64,000 bases of DNA from Actinomycetota bacterium (GCA_046724655.1 JBKOWY010000018.1:8863-72862); one strand, 5' to 3'; shown: positions 1 through 10,061, counted from the stretch's first letter. The notes: generated by a model not told the origin, from the letters alone. Program-made: numbers and translations.

Positions 1-2
1 TT

Positions 3-1385
3 CACGGCGCCGTTGACCAAGTTGGCGTCCTCGGCTTCGAGCATCGGCGGCGTGAGGACGTGCCGGCCGATGATCCGCTCGCTGAAACCCGGCGCGCGCA
101 TCTCCACCTCGTGTTCGACCCGCGCTGCGAACGCCTCGGTCTCGCGCCCGTCCCACTTGCCCGAGATGTCGCCGCCGGCGTCACCGCGAACCCGATGCGG
201 GACATGCGTGTAGCCCCAGACGACCTCGGTCCCGGTCGGGGACCGCGTCGGATCCGACGTCGTCAGCTGCCCGATCAGCACGAAGGGCCGCGCCGGAACT
301 TGTCCGGTGACGAGCTGGGCCGAGTACTCCGTGAGATGGTCGAGCGAATCGCCGAGGTGCACCGTGCCGGCGCGGCCGGCGGGCTCCGCCGCCCACGGAA
401 CCTTCGCGTCGAGCGCCCAGTCGATCTTGACGGTCGCGTGGTCGTAGCGGAACCGGCGCATGCCGTCGAGGATGCGCGGCGGCAAGTGCTCGGGGCGCAC
501 CAGCGAGCCATAGAGCGCGGGCGCGCCGACATCGGCGAGCACGGCGCGCCGCACGCCGATCTCTCCGCCGTCCGCCGTGCGAACGGCGACGGCCCGACGT
601 CCGCGCACCTCGATCGCGGTCACGGGCGTCGAGCACACCACGCGCCCGCCGTGCGCCTCGAGGCGGCGCACGAGCGCGTCGGTGAGTTGGCCGGAGCCGC
701 CTTCGGGGACGGGGAAGCCGTGCTCCTGGCCGAGCGAGGCGAGAACCCAGCCGAACAAGCCGCCGAGGGTCTGCTCGGGGCCGAGGTCGGTGTGGAGGGT
801 GTTGCCCGCGAGCAGCATTGCGCCGCCCATGCCCCGGAACGACTCGTCGGCCATGGCCCGGACGGGCAGCAACACGAACCGCGCAAAACGCGCCCACTCG
901 CGAGGCCCGACGGCCGCGGCCAGCCGGCCACCGGCGCGCACCGGCGGGAACGGGGTCAACAAGGCGTCGATCAAATGACGTCCGGCGCGCTGCCACTGCG
1001 CATACAGCTCCCGCCAGGCCGCGCCGTCACCGGGGGCGTAGTTGTCGAGCGACGCCGCAGTCTCGTCGAGATCGGTCGACAGCACTGCGCACCCGCCGTC
1101 GGGGGTCGGATGGGCGAGCGCCAGCGGTGCGCGCCGCCACCGCAACCCGAAGTCCTCGAGGTGCAGCGCCCGGATGACGGGCGAAGCCGCCGCGAGCGGG
1201 TAGAACGCGCTGAACCGGTCGTGGACGAATCCGGGCTGGGTGAGCTCGCCGCTGCGCACGGCGCCACCGGGATCCGGCTGGGCCTCGAGCACGAGCACGT
1301 CCCACCCTTCGTCGGCGAGCATGTTGGCGGCGACGAGCCCGTTCGGCCCGCTCCCGATGACCACCGCGTCCGGATTCTCAGTCAT
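3..1385 (-). CDS. NAD(P)/FAD-dependent oxidoreductase, phytoene-desaturase/amine-oxidase superfamily; C-terminus lies beyond the left edge
   Basis: Hand translation of the minus strand from ATG 1385 gives MTENPDAVVIGSGPNGLVAANMLADEGWDVLVLEAQPDPGGAVRSG... (GxGxxG start) and stays open to position 3. It is absent from the ORF track because no stop lies in the window. The 587-aa plus-strand ORF 60..1823 is its antisense shadow. Confidence 0.8.
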   Translation of the reverse strand, partial: MTENPDAVVIGSGPNGLVAANMLADEGWDVLVLEAQPDPGGAVRSGELTQPGFVHDRFSAFYPLAAASPVIRALHLEDFGLRWRRAPLALAHPTPDGGCAVLSTDLDETAASLDNYAPGDGAAWRELYAQWQRAGRHLIDALLTPFPPVRAGGRLAAAVGPREWARFARFVLLPVRAMADESFRGMGGAMLLAGNTLHTDLGPEQTLGGLFGWVLASLGQEHGFPVPEGGSGQLTDALVRRLEAHGGRVVCSTPVTAIEVRGRRAVAVRTADGGEIGVRRAVLADVGAPALYGSLVRPEHLPPRILDGMRRFRYDHATVKIDWALDAKVPWAAEPAGRAGTVHLGDSLDHLTEYSAQLVTGQVPARPFVLIGQLTTSDPTRSPTGTEVVWGYTHVPHRVRGDAGGDISGKWDGRETEAFAARVEHEVEMRAPGFSERIIGRHVLTPPMLEAEDANLVNGAV

Positions 1386-1433
1386 TCCCACACCCAGTCT
1401 CGCGGTCCATCAACCGGACAACGAATCGGTCGC

Positions 1434-1778
1434 TCAGGCCTGCTCTTGGCGACGGCGGGCGTCCTCGAGGAGCTCGAGCACTTCGGTGTCGACGGCCGCC
1501 GCCTCCGGGCCGTAGCCCAGCACCGCGGTGCCTTGCGCGCCGCAGTGCGGGCACGCAAGACCCACGACCGCAAGCATGTCGTCAGGATCGGAGGCGCCCT
1601 CGAGCCGCCGGAGGTGCCGGAACACGGTGTCGTCGGCGGGCGAGAGACGGTGGCACGTGAGGCATTCGACCTGCCCGCCCTCCCGCGGCATGAACTGGCC
1701 GGTGAACCCGAGCGACTCGAGCTCACTGAGCACTTCGAGGATCGTCTCGTCCTCGCCTTCCCCGGGCACGTACTCCAT
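1434..1778 (-). CDS. small acidic hypothetical protein with zinc-ribbon-like Cys pairs (CLTCH ... CPHC)
   Basis: The 114-aa ORF has normal amino-acid composition and high GC3. I do not recognise a family. Confidence 0.6.
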   Translation of the reverse strand: MEYVPGEGEDETILEVLSELESLGFTGQFMPREGGQVECLTCHRLSPADDTVFRHLRRLEGASDPDDMLAVVGLACPHCGAQGTAVLGYGPEAAAVDTEVLELLEDARRRQEQA

Positions 1779-1980
1779 CTACGAAGAAGCTACCCGCGCG
1801 TGGACACGGTTTTTGGCGTCTGACCTGGTAGAATGCTTGTAGCGAGCGAAACCACCACTGCTCGCGGGTCACCTCATCGTTCCGTTCGCGGTTCGCGCAC
1901 GGGTCCGAGGAGACCCACCGCCGGAGGGTGCGGCGGGCGCGACCACAAGCAGACGCGAACAGAAAGAGGCGACTTCCACA

Positions 1981-3150
1981 GTGTCATCCACGTTCGAGAC
2001 GCTCGGCGTTCCTGCCGATCTCGTCGCCGCGCTCGCGCGCGACGACATCACCGAGCCGTTCCCCATCCAAGGGCTCACCATTCCCGACGCCCTGGCGGGC
2101 CGCGACATCTGCGGCAAGGCCAAGACCGGGTCGGGCAAGACCCTCGCGTTCGGGCTTCCGCTGCTCGAACGCGTCGGCCGGGCTGAGCCCAAGGCCCCCC
2201 GTGGCCTCGTGCTCACACCGACCCGCGAGCTCGCCAACCAGGTCAAGAACGTCCTCGCTCCGCTGGGCAAGCTCCGCGGCGTGCGCGTCACGGCCGTCTA
2301 CGGCGGCGTAGCGATGGACAAGCAGATCGCCGCGCTCCGCAAGGGCGTCGACGCCGTGATCGGGACGCCCGGCCGGCTCATCGACCTCCTCGAACGGGGG
2401 GAGCTTTCACTGCGTGCGGTCGAGATCCTCGTCGTCGACGAAGCCGACCGCATGGCCGACCTGGGCTTCATGCCCCAGGTGCAGAAGCTGCTCCATCGCA
2501 TCGAGTCCGAGCACCAGACGATGCTGTTCTCCGCCACGCTCGATGGTGCCGTACGCAGGCTCGTCGACCGATACATGCACGATCCTGTCCGCCACGAAGT
2601 CGAGTCGCGTGAGGCGACCGTCGACGAGATGCAGCACCGCTTCCTGCACGTCCACCAGATGGACAAGGTGAAGGTCGCCGCCGCGATCAGTCGTGGCGCT
2701 GAAAGGACGCTCGTCTTCGTGCGCACGAAGCGGGGCGCGGACCGCCTCGTGAGCCAGCTGCGCCGCGAGGGCGTGCGCGCCGGCGCCATCCACGGCGATC
2801 TGCGGCAGGGCGCGCGCGAGCGGGCGCTGGCCGACTTTTCCCGGGGCAAGCTTCCGGTGCTCGTCGCCACCGACGTCGCCGCCCGCGGCATCCACGTCGA
2901 CAACGTGGACGTGGTCGTGCACTACGACCCGGCCGACGACGAGAAGGCCTATCTCCACCGTTCCGGCCGTACCGCTCGCGCCGGCGAGGCGGGTACCGCC
3001 GTCACGCTCATGCTCTGGAACCAGGAGAACTTCGTACACGTCGTGCGGCGGCGACTCGGTCTCGACGAGCCCATCGTCGAGGTCTTCTCCAACGACCCCC
3101 GGCTCACCGACCTCTCGAGCTTCGACACCGCCCACAGCGCCGTCGCCTGA
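1981..3150 (+). CDS. DEAD-box ATP-dependent RNA helicase
   Basis: Helicase motifs are present: AKTGSGKT (Walker A), VVDEADRM (DEAD), SAT and HRSGRTARAG. The start is GTG with AAGAGG upstream, after a roughly 150-nt structured leader. Confidence 0.95.
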   Translation: MSSTFETLGVPADLVAALARDDITEPFPIQGLTIPDALAGRDICGKAKTGSGKTLAFGLPLLERVGRAEPKAPRGLVLTPTRELANQVKNVLAPLGKLRGVRVTAVYGGVAMDKQIAALRKGVDAVIGTPGRLIDLLERGELSLRAVEILVVDEADRMADLGFMPQVQKLLHRIESEHQTMLFSATLDGAVRRLVDRYMHDPVRHEVESREATVDEMQHRFLHVHQMDKVKVAAAISRGAERTLVFVRTKRGADRLVSQLRREGVRAGAIHGDLRQGARERALADFSRGKLPVLVATDVAARGIHVDNVDVVVHYDPADDEKAYLHRSGRTARAGEAGTAVTLMLWNQENFVHVVRRRLGLDEPIVEVFSNDPRLTDLSSFDTAHSAVA

Positions 3151-3207
3151 GCCAATGGTCGGCCGAAAAGCGACACCGTGGCGGCGGGCGCGTGTCACGA
3201 TGGCCGC

Positions 3208-4398
3208 ATGACGCGCATCTCACGCCGAGTCGGCGAGATCACCGAGTCCGCCACGTTGGCCGTCGACGCCCGCGCCAAGGCGCTCAAGGCCGCGGGCGAG
3301 GACGTAATCGGGTTCGGGGCCGGCGAGCCCGACTTCCCGACGCCCGACCACATCGTCGCCGCCGCCGTCGAAGCGTGCCGCGACCCGCGCAACCATCACT
3401 ACACGCCTACGGGCGGGCTACCGGAGCTGCGAGCCGCGATCGCGGAGAAGACTCACCGAGACTCCGGCGTCGCGTGCGACGCGTCCCAGGTGCTCGTCAC
3501 GAACGGCGCCAAGCATGCCGTCTACGAGGCGCTCCAGACGATCGTCAACCCCGGTGACGAGGTATTGCTGCCGGGGCCGTACTGGACGACGTACCCGGAG
3601 ACGATCGCGCTCGCCGGCGGCACGACCGTGGTCGTGCCGACCAACGAGGCGACCGAGTTTCGCGTCATGGTCGGGCAACTCGAAGCGGCCCGCACGCCGC
3701 GCACGAAAGCGCTGTTCTTCATCTCACCCGGCAACCCCACCGGCGCCGTATACCGGCCGGAAGACGTCGAGGCCATCGGGCGCTGGGCGCTCGAGCACAG
3801 CCTATGGGTGATCAGCGACGAGATCTACGAGCACCTCACGTTCGGCGACCACCGATTCGCGTCGATGCCGGGACTCGTAGCCGAACTCGCCGGCAGCAGC
3901 CTCATCCTCAACGGGGTCGCCAAGACGTACGCCATGACGGGCTGGCGCGTCGGCTGGATCGTCGGCCCGCCCGACGTCATCAAGGCTGCGACCAACCTCC
4001 AATCGCACTCGACGTCCAACGTTGCCAACGTGTCGCAGGCGGCGGCGATCGCCGCGTTGAACGGCGATCTCGAAGCGGTCGCATCGATGCGCGCGGTGTT
4101 CGAACGCCGCGGGACGCGCATGCACGAGCTGCTGTCCGGCATCCCGGGCGTGTCCTGTCTCGCTCCGCAGGGCGCGTTCTACTGCTTCCCGTCATTCGAA
4201 GGCGTGCTCGGCCGCGAGATCGGTGGGCGCACCTGTCGGAGCACGCTCGACCTCGCGGCTGTGCTCCTCGACGAGGCGAAGGTCGCCGTGGTTCCCGGCG
4301 AGGCATTCGGCGCGCCCGGGTACGCGCGCCTGTCGTTCGCGACCTCCGACGACGACATCGAAGAAGGCCTGCAGCGCATGGCCAAGCTGTTCTCGTAA
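3208..4398 (+). CDS. pyridoxal-phosphate-dependent aminotransferase (aspartate aminotransferase class I)
   Basis: The sequence [46 protein letters not shown]..., [16 protein letters not shown] is typical of AspAT. The start is placed at the internal ATG 3208 of ORF 3178..4398. Confidence 0.9.
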   Translation: MTRISRRVGEITESATLAVDARAKALKAAGEDVIGFGAGEPDFPTPDHIVAAAVEACRDPRNHHYTPTGGLPELRAAIAEKTHRDSGVACDASQVLVTNGAKHAVYEALQTIVNPGDEVLLPGPYWTTYPETIALAGGTTVVVPTNEATEFRVMVGQLEAARTPRTKALFFISPGNPTGAVYRPEDVEAIGRWALEHSLWVISDEIYEHLTFGDHRFASMPGLVAELAGSSLILNGVAKTYAMTGWRVGWIVGPPDVIKAATNLQSHSTSNVANVSQAAAIAALNGDLEAVASMRAVFERRGTRMHELLSGIPGVSCLAPQGAFYCFPSFEGVLGREIGGRTCRSTLDLAAVLLDEAKVAVVPGEAFGAPGYARLSFATSDDDIEEGLQRMAKLFS

Positions 4399-4442
4399 CG
4401 CAAAACACCGTCGGCCTGGTAGGACCCCGGTAGGGTCGAAGC

Positions 4443-6026
4443 ATGGCGCGTGTCCTCGTCACCGAGCAGATAGCCCCGCGAGGGCTCGACGCGCTGCGGA
4501 CCGCCGGCCTCGAGGTGGATGAGCGCCTCGACCTGACCCCCGACGAGCTGCCGGACGCGGTGAAGGGCGCGGCCGCCGTCATCGTCCGCAGCGCGACCCG
4601 GGTGACCGCCGAGGTCCTCGACGCCGGCACGGACCTCGTCGTCATCGGACGGGCGGGGATCGGACTCGACAACGTCGACGTCGCCGCGGCGACGCGCCGG
4701 GGCGTCATGGTCGTCAACGCGCCGCAGTCGAACGTTCTGTCGGCGGCCGAGCACACGCTCGCCCTGCTGCTCGCGCAGGCCCGCAACGTCCCCCAGGCCG
4801 ACCGGGACCTGCGCGCCGGCAACTGGAACCGGTCCCGGTGGGAAGGCATCGAGCTTCACGACAAGACCCTCGGCGTCGTCGGCCTCGGCCGGGTCGGCGT
4901 CCTCGTCGCTCAGCGCGCCCACGCCTTCGGTATGCGCATCGCGGCGTTCGATCCTTACGTGAGCGGTGAGCGTGCCCGTCAGCTCGGGGTACGGCTCGTG
5001 CCGACGCTCGAGGAGCTCGTCGCCACCGTCGACTTCCTGACCGTGCACCTGCCGAAGACCCCCGAGACGATCGGCCTCATCGGCCGGGACGCGCTCGCGA
5101 AGGCCAAACCGACGCTCCGGATCGTGAACACGGCACGTGGTGGCATCGTCGACGAGGACGCGCTCGACGAGGCCCTGCGCGAGGAGCGCATCGCGGGAGC
5201 CGCACTCGACGTGTTCGACGTGGAGCCCACGGCCGAGTCGCCGCTGTTCGAGCTCGACAACGTGGTCGTCACACCGCATTTGGGGGCGTCGACCGCCGAG
5301 GCCCAGGACAAGGCGGGGCAGACGATCGCCGAGCAGGTCGTGCTCGCGCTGGCGGGCGACTTCGTTCCCTACGCCGTGAACGTCGCGGCCACCGAAGCGT
5401 CGGAGACCGTCCGTCCCTTCCTCCCGCTCGCCGAGCGGCTCGGCACGCTCTTCACCGCGCTGGCCGGGGGCGTCGTCGACACGCTCGAGGTGACCTACGA
5501 GGGTGAGATCGCCGACTACGACTGCCGCGTGCTGACGCTCGCGATCACCCGCGGCGTGCTCGCGTCGGTCGTCGACGAGCCCGTCTCGTTCGTGAACGCG
5601 CCGCAGCTCGCCGAGATGCGAGGGCTCGAGATACGTGAGACGACCTCGTCGTCTTCCCGCGACTACGTCAACCTCGTCTCAATGCGAGGCAAGGTCGGCG
5701 ACCGGCCGGTGCATGTCGCCGGCACGCTCGCCGGACAGCGGGGGGAGCCGCGCATCGTCGGCATCGACGACCACAGCATCGAGGTCCCGCCGTCGAGCCA
5801 CATGGTCGTCGTCCGCAACGAGGACGTGCCTGGGATGATCGGCAAAGTCGGCACGATCCTCGGCAGCGCCGGTCTGAACATCGAAGACATGCGGGTCGGC
5901 AAGAGCCCGGCGGGGGAGGCCGCGCTCATGGTGCTCACCACGTCGACGGCGGTTCAGGCCGACGTCGTCGAGCGACTCCGCGCCGAACGCGGCATCGTGG
6001 ACGCCAAAGCGATCGAGCTGGATTAG
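4443..6026 (+). CDS. serA: D-3-phosphoglycerate dehydrogenase (long form with C-terminal ACT domain)
   Basis: The 527-aa protein has the 2-hydroxyacid dehydrogenase fold (GLGRVG, NTARGGIVDE) and a C-terminal ACT-like segment (HMVVVRNEDVPGMIGKVGTILG). Confidence 0.95.
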   Translation: MARVLVTEQIAPRGLDALRTAGLEVDERLDLTPDELPDAVKGAAAVIVRSATRVTAEVLDAGTDLVVIGRAGIGLDNVDVAAATRRGVMVVNAPQSNVLSAAEHTLALLLAQARNVPQADRDLRAGNWNRSRWEGIELHDKTLGVVGLGRVGVLVAQRAHAFGMRIAAFDPYVSGERARQLGVRLVPTLEELVATVDFLTVHLPKTPETIGLIGRDALAKAKPTLRIVNTARGGIVDEDALDEALREERIAGAALDVFDVEPTAESPLFELDNVVVTPHLGASTAEAQDKAGQTIAEQVVLALAGDFVPYAVNVAATEASETVRPFLPLAERLGTLFTALAGGVVDTLEVTYEGEIADYDCRVLTLAITRGVLASVVDEPVSFVNAPQLAEMRGLEIRETTSSSSRDYVNLVSMRGKVGDRPVHVAGTLAGQRGEPRIVGIDDHSIEVPPSSHMVVVRNEDVPGMIGKVGTILGSAGLNIEDMRVGKSPAGEAALMVLTTSTAVQADVVERLRAERGIVDAKAIELD

Positions 6027-6463
6027 CGGGCCGCTCGCCTCAAACCGTCGGCCTCGGCGGCGGCGGGATTGCGGTAGCAGCGGTCGGGGTGTGTGCGCTC
6101 GTAGTTGAGGCCGCCGGCCACGTGGTAGATGTGGCTCGACATCTTCGCCTTCACGGGGTGGCTGGCCGGGCACGCGCCGTCGACGGGCTCGACCCAGGCG
6201 TCGCCCGCATCCGCTGCCACCACCGGCGCGGCTTCGGGCGCCGGCGCGGTGGCGGGTGACGTGGCGGTCGCCGGAGTTGGCGTGACCGTGACCGGTGTGG
6301 CGGGGGGCGATTCCTCGATTCGAGGCTGCGGCGGGTACGGCGCCGGTTGGGACTGCCACCGCAGATCGGACTCCGAGCGCTGCGTCTCGAACCAGCGCCA
6401 GACCGCGTACGCCGCCGCCGCCAGCAGCCCCAGCTTGAACATCCGCTTCAGGAATCGCCTCAC
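6023..6463 (-). CDS. membrane-anchored protein with Pro/Thr/Ala linker and short C-terminal sunset-like domain
   Basis: A GTG at 6463 is preceded by GAGGAGGGGG. There is one TM helix (LGLLAAAAYAVWRWF), a PT-rich linker, and a C-terminus HPVKAKMSSHIYHVAGGLNYERTHPDRCYRNPAAAEADGLRR. Its stop overlaps the serA stop. Confidence 0.6.
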   Translation of the reverse strand: MRRFLKRMFKLGLLAAAAYAVWRWFETQRSESDLRWQSQPAPYPPQPRIEESPPATPVTVTPTPATATSPATAPAPEAAPVVAADAGDAWVEPVDGACPASHPVKAKMSSHIYHVAGGLNYERTHPDRCYRNPAAAEADGLRRAAR

Positions 6464-6551
6464 AGCATTCCCCCTCCTCGAGTCCCCGCAAGTCTCGCAC
6501 GCGCACAAAGAAATTGACTCGTCCCGGCCCAGCTGCGACCATGAGCGGACC

Positions 6552-6605
6552 ATGACGAAGGAACTGCGCCCCGACAGCATCAACAGCGGCCTGCTCCTTA
6601 CCTAG
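6552..6605 (+). CDS. candidate leuA leader peptide MTKELRPDSINSGLLLT (three consecutive Leu codons)
   Basis: Read by hand: ATG 6552, Leu codons ctg ctc ctt at 6591-6599, TAG 6603-6605. It is immediately followed by two hairpins and a T-run upstream of leuA. Confidence 0.5.
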   Translation: MTKELRPDSINSGLLLT

Positions 6606-6634
6606 TCGCGAGCACCCTCCGGTGCTCGCGGACG

Positions 6635-6670
6635 CCTCCTCGTGCCTTCGGGCCGGGGAGGTTTTTCGTT
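6635..6670 (+). terminator. intrinsic terminator/attenuator in the leuA leader
   Basis: The sequence ccTCCtcgtGCCttcgGGCcggGGAgg forms a stem of about 11 bp with a ttcg loop, followed by TTTTTCGTT (T-run 6662-6666), 34 nt before leuA ATG 6700. It is preceded by a perfect 10-bp hairpin at 6607-6630 (cgcgagcacc/ggtgctcgcg). Confidence 0.6.
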
Positions 6671-6699
6671 GCCGAGAAACCAAACGGCGGGAGAGCGAG

Positions 6700-8241
6700 A
6701 TGGACCGAGTACGGATCTTCGACACGACGCTGCGGGACGGCGAGCAGTCGCCGGGCATCTCGCTGGACGTAGCCGAGAAGCTCGAGATCGCCGAGCAGCT
6801 TGCCCGCCTGGGCGTCGACGTCATCGAGGCCGGGTTCCCGATCGCGAGCCAGGGCGACTTCGACGCCGTCGAGGCCATCGCCAAGAGCGTGCGGGGCTCG
6901 ACGATCGCCGCACTCTCACGAACCGGATTCAAGGACATCGACCGGGCCTGGGAGGCCGTTCACCACGCCGAACGGCCCCGCCTGCACGTGTTCATTGCCA
7001 CCTCGCCCATCCACATGAAGAAGAAGCTGCGGATGACCGAGGACCAGGTCAAGGAGGAGGCGGCAGCCGGTGTTCGCCGGGCGCGGGGCTACTGCGAGGA
7101 CGTCGAGTTCTCGCCCGAGGACGGCAGCCGTTCCGAAGTCGACTTCATGTGCGAGGTGTGTCAGATCGCGGTCGACAACGGCGCGACCACGATCAACATC
7201 CCCGACACCGTGGGTTTCGGCGTCCCCGAGGAGTTCGCCGAGCTCATCTCGTACGTCGTGGCGCGAGTCAGGGGCGACTACGTCGTGTCCACCCATTGTC
7301 ACAACGACCTCGGCCTCGCGGTCGCCAACTCGCTGGCCGGCGTGAACGCCGGCGCTCGCCAGGTCGAGTGCGCCATCAATGGCATCGGCGAGCGCGCCGG
7401 CAACGCCGCCCTCGAAGAGGTCGTGATGGCCATCAAGACGAGGAGCGATTACTTCAACCATCTCGACGTCGGTGTGCGCACCGAGGAGCTGGCGCGCACG
7501 TCACGCATCGTGTCGCGGCTCACAGGCTACCCGGTGCAGTACAACAAGGCCGTCGTCGGTCGCAACGCGTTCGCGCACGAGGCCGGCATCCACCAGCACG
7601 GCGTCCTCGAGGACAAAGAGACCTACGAGATCATGGACGCCAACACGGTGGGGCAGGAGGCCGCGCAGATCGTCCTCGGTAAGCACTCGGGCCGGCACGC
7701 CTTTGCCGACTCGCTCGCGAAGATGGGCATCAAGATCCAGGGCGACGCGCTGAACACGGCGTTCACTCGCTTCAAGGAGCTCGCGGATCGCAAGGTGCAG
7801 ATCACCGAGGCCGATCTCGAGGCCATCGTGGCCGAGGAGCTCGGCACCGGGATCGTGCACCGCTTCGACGTCGTGAGCCTCGACCTGTCGGGCGGCACGT
7901 CCTCGACGCCGACCGCGAAGGTCGTGCTGACCGATGGCGACGGAAAGCTCGAAGCCGAAGGATCGGGCAACGGCATGATCGACGCCGCCATCGCCGCCAT
8001 CGCACAAGCGACCGGCGTCGAGGGCCGGCTCACCGACTTCCAGGTGCACGCGGTGACCGGAGGTGGTGACGCGCTCGGCGACGTCGTCGTGCAGCTCGAG
8101 GCGGACGGCATGAAGGTCACCGGCCGCGGCGTATCGACCGACGTGGTCGAGGCATCCGCTCGTGCCTACCTGAACGCCGTCAACCGCGTCGTCAGGCTGC
8201 GCGAGCGCGGGGAGGAACGCGAGATCGAGATCGGCCCGTGA
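6700..8241 (+). CDS. leuA: 2-isopropylmalate synthase
   Basis: The protein starts MDRVRIFDTTLRDGEQSPG, contains HCHNDLGLAVANSLAG, and has a C-terminal LeuA dimerisation/regulatory region. The start is at the internal ATG 6700, with ggcgggagag upstream. Confidence 0.93.
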   Translation: MDRVRIFDTTLRDGEQSPGISLDVAEKLEIAEQLARLGVDVIEAGFPIASQGDFDAVEAIAKSVRGSTIAALSRTGFKDIDRAWEAVHHAERPRLHVFIATSPIHMKKKLRMTEDQVKEEAAAGVRRARGYCEDVEFSPEDGSRSEVDFMCEVCQIAVDNGATTINIPDTVGFGVPEEFAELISYVVARVRGDYVVSTHCHNDLGLAVANSLAGVNAGARQVECAINGIGERAGNAALEEVVMAIKTRSDYFNHLDVGVRTEELARTSRIVSRLTGYPVQYNKAVVGRNAFAHEAGIHQHGVLEDKETYEIMDANTVGQEAAQIVLGKHSGRHAFADSLAKMGIKIQGDALNTAFTRFKELADRKVQITEADLEAIVAEELGTGIVHRFDVVSLDLSGGTSSTPTAKVVLTDGDGKLEAEGSGNGMIDAAIAAIAQATGVEGRLTDFQVHAVTGGGDALGDVVVQLEADGMKVTGRGVSTDVVEASARAYLNAVNRVVRLRERGEEREIEIGP

Positions 8242-8897
8242 CGGCAGCGCCGGTCAACCGGTGGACCGAGGCGGCCTGGGCCCAGCGTTATTTGAGCGAG
8301 CGCGACGACATCCCCCACCGCATGGAGGGCTTCGCGGTGCTGATGGAGCTGCTCCCGCCGGCGCCGCGCCGGGTGCTCGACCTCGGCACCGGCGACGGCT
8401 TCACGCTCGGCCTCGTGCGGGGCGCGCACCCCGACGTCGAGGGTGTCGGCGTCGACTTCTCGGCTGAGATGCTCGGGCGCGCCCGCGAGCGCTTTGCCGG
8501 CGAGACCGGCGTCGAGATCGTCGAGCACGACCTCGACCGGCCGCTAGCGGCGCTCGGGCGCTTCGACCTCGTCGTGTCGAGCTTCGCGATCCATCACTGT
8601 GTCGACGAGCGCAAACGGGCGTTGTACGGCGAGGTCTTCGACGTGCTCGAGCCGGGCGGCCCGTTCTTGAATCTCGAGCACGTGGACTCGCCGACGCCGG
8701 AGCTGCACGTGGCGTTCCTCGCCGCTGTCGGCAGGACCCCGGCGCAAGACGACCCGTCGAACAAGCTCGTCGATGTCGAGATGCAGCTCGGGTGGCTGCG
8801 CGACATCGGCTTCACGGACGTCGACTGCTTCTGGAAATGGCGCGAGCTGGCGCTGCTCGCGGCGGTCAAACCGCAGGAGGGTTCAAGCGGCGAGTAG
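8238..8897 (+). CDS. class I SAM-dependent methyltransferase
   Basis: It carries the VLDLGTGDG motif I. The GTG start overlaps the leuA stop (GTGA). Confidence 0.85.
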   Translation: MTAAPVNRWTEAAWAQRYLSERDDIPHRMEGFAVLMELLPPAPRRVLDLGTGDGFTLGLVRGAHPDVEGVGVDFSAEMLGRARERFAGETGVEIVEHDLDRPLAALGRFDLVVSSFAIHHCVDERKRALYGEVFDVLEPGGPFLNLEHVDSPTPELHVAFLAAVGRTPAQDDPSNKLVDVEMQLGWLRDIGFTDVDCFWKWRELALLAAVKPQEGSSGE

Positions 8898-9074
8898 CCG
8901 AGCGGTTTCGACCGCGAATCCCGCGATGAAGACCGGGATGAGCGCGTAGCAGACCGCTTTGCCGACATACCCGCCGACCGTCCCGAGCTCGGCACACAGG
9001 TCGAACCTCAGAACTGTTTGCACGGAAACGAGCATCACCAGACAGACACTGGCGGCGCAGAGCGATGCGACCAT
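8883..9074 (-). CDS. small hydrophobic (2-TM) hypothetical protein
   Basis: MVASLCAASVCLVMLVSVQ...YALIPVFIAGFAVE is hydrophobic, and GGAGG precedes ATG 9074. No family is recognised. Confidence 0.45.
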   Translation of the reverse strand: MVASLCAASVCLVMLVSVQTVLRFDLCAELGTVGGYVGKAVCYALIPVFIAGFAVETARLLAA

Positions 9075-9197
9075 GGTGCGAACCTCCTGCCACTTGACGG
9101 TTTCTCCACGGTCCACTGTGCGCCGAAGGGCATGTCGCGACAGTGCGGTGCATCACGGTCCCCAGGTGACCTGGGTCACCCTGTTGACCTATGTGCG

Positions 9198-9902
9198 TCA
9201 AACGGCCCCGTATACCGGCAACCAGGCCCCACGCAGCGTGGTCGCCTCCTCAGTGATCAGGAAGGCAACCATCGCCGCCGCCACGTCCGGAGCCACCCAT
9301 CGAGTGAAGTCGGCTGACGGCATGGCGCGACGGTTTGCCGGGGTGTCCAGCACGGACGGCGCAATCGTGTTGGCGGTGACACCCGTCCCGCAGCACTCGT
9401 CCGCGATGACTTCAGCCAGCGTCGCCACGCCCTCCTTCGCGACGGCATAGGCCGACTGACCGTTGCGCCCTTCCTTCGCGGTTCGGCTCGACACCAACAC
9501 GAGGCGACCCCAACCTTCCTCGAGCATCTCGGGTAGCACGGCCCGACAGCACAGGAATGCCGAGGTCAAGTTGAGGTCGACCACGCGCCTCCACGTCTCC
9601 AGTGACTGCTCGTGTACGAGCTCACCGCCGTGCCAACCACCGACCAGGTGCACGAGCACCCCGATCGACCCGAGCTCCCGCCTCGCTACCGCCATCGCAT
9701 GATCGACAGAGTCGGGATCGGTGACGTCGGCCTCTACGACCGTGAGGTTCCGGGTCAGGTCGCCAAGAGCTGCTCGGAGTGCTTCCGTCTCTGCCTCGTT
9801 CCGGCACGTCACCGTGACTCGGTGACCGTCGTCGAGCAGCCGGCGCGTCACGGCCGTCCCCAACGCTCCAGTACCCCCGGTAACCACCGCTCCACGGCCC
9901 AT
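9198..9902 (-). CDS. SDR-family short-chain dehydrogenase/reductase
   Basis: The N-terminus has VVTGGTGALG, and a YAVAK catalytic Tyr-x3-Lys motif is present. Confidence 0.9.
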   Translation of the reverse strand: MGRGAVVTGGTGALGTAVTRRLLDDGHRVTVTCRNEAETEALRAALGDLTRNLTVVEADVTDPDSVDHAMAVARRELGSIGVLVHLVGGWHGGELVHEQSLETWRRVVDLNLTSAFLCCRAVLPEMLEEGWGRLVLVSSRTAKEGRNGQSAYAVAKEGVATLAEVIADECCGTGVTANTIAPSVLDTPANRRAMPSADFTRWVAPDVAAAMVAFLITEEATTLRGAWLPVYGAV

Positions 9903-10061
9903 CGTTCCACCTTTCGGTCCTATGACTCGCGCATCGCTTCCCTGGAGGCCTTCCTACTCGGTTCGGGCCGGCACGAAACCGGCGGCGTGACGAGCTGGCG
10001 GCGCTCGTGAGGGGAAGCCCGATCAGGGACCCGGCAAGCTCGTAGTCATTCGACAAGGTCG

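Noticed and set aside
60-1823. Very long ORFs in the track: 60..1823 (+), 10956..12581 (+), 35409..37457 (+), 38503..40656 (-), 41128..42633 (+), most of 43404..45272 (-), 53293..55500 (+), 57981..59942 (-) and many shorter ones.
   Set aside because: Each lies antisense to, or out of frame with, a gene that has clear family motifs. Their products are Arg/Pro/Gly/Ala/His-rich low-complexity strings. In GC-rich DNA one antisense frame shares the G/C-rich third position and stays open by chance.
6129-6605. The 158-aa plus-strand ORF spanning the leuA upstream region.
   Set aside because: Most of it is antisense to the sunset-like gene (6023-6463). Only its last 17 codons, from the internal ATG 6552, are considered meaningful, as the leader peptide.
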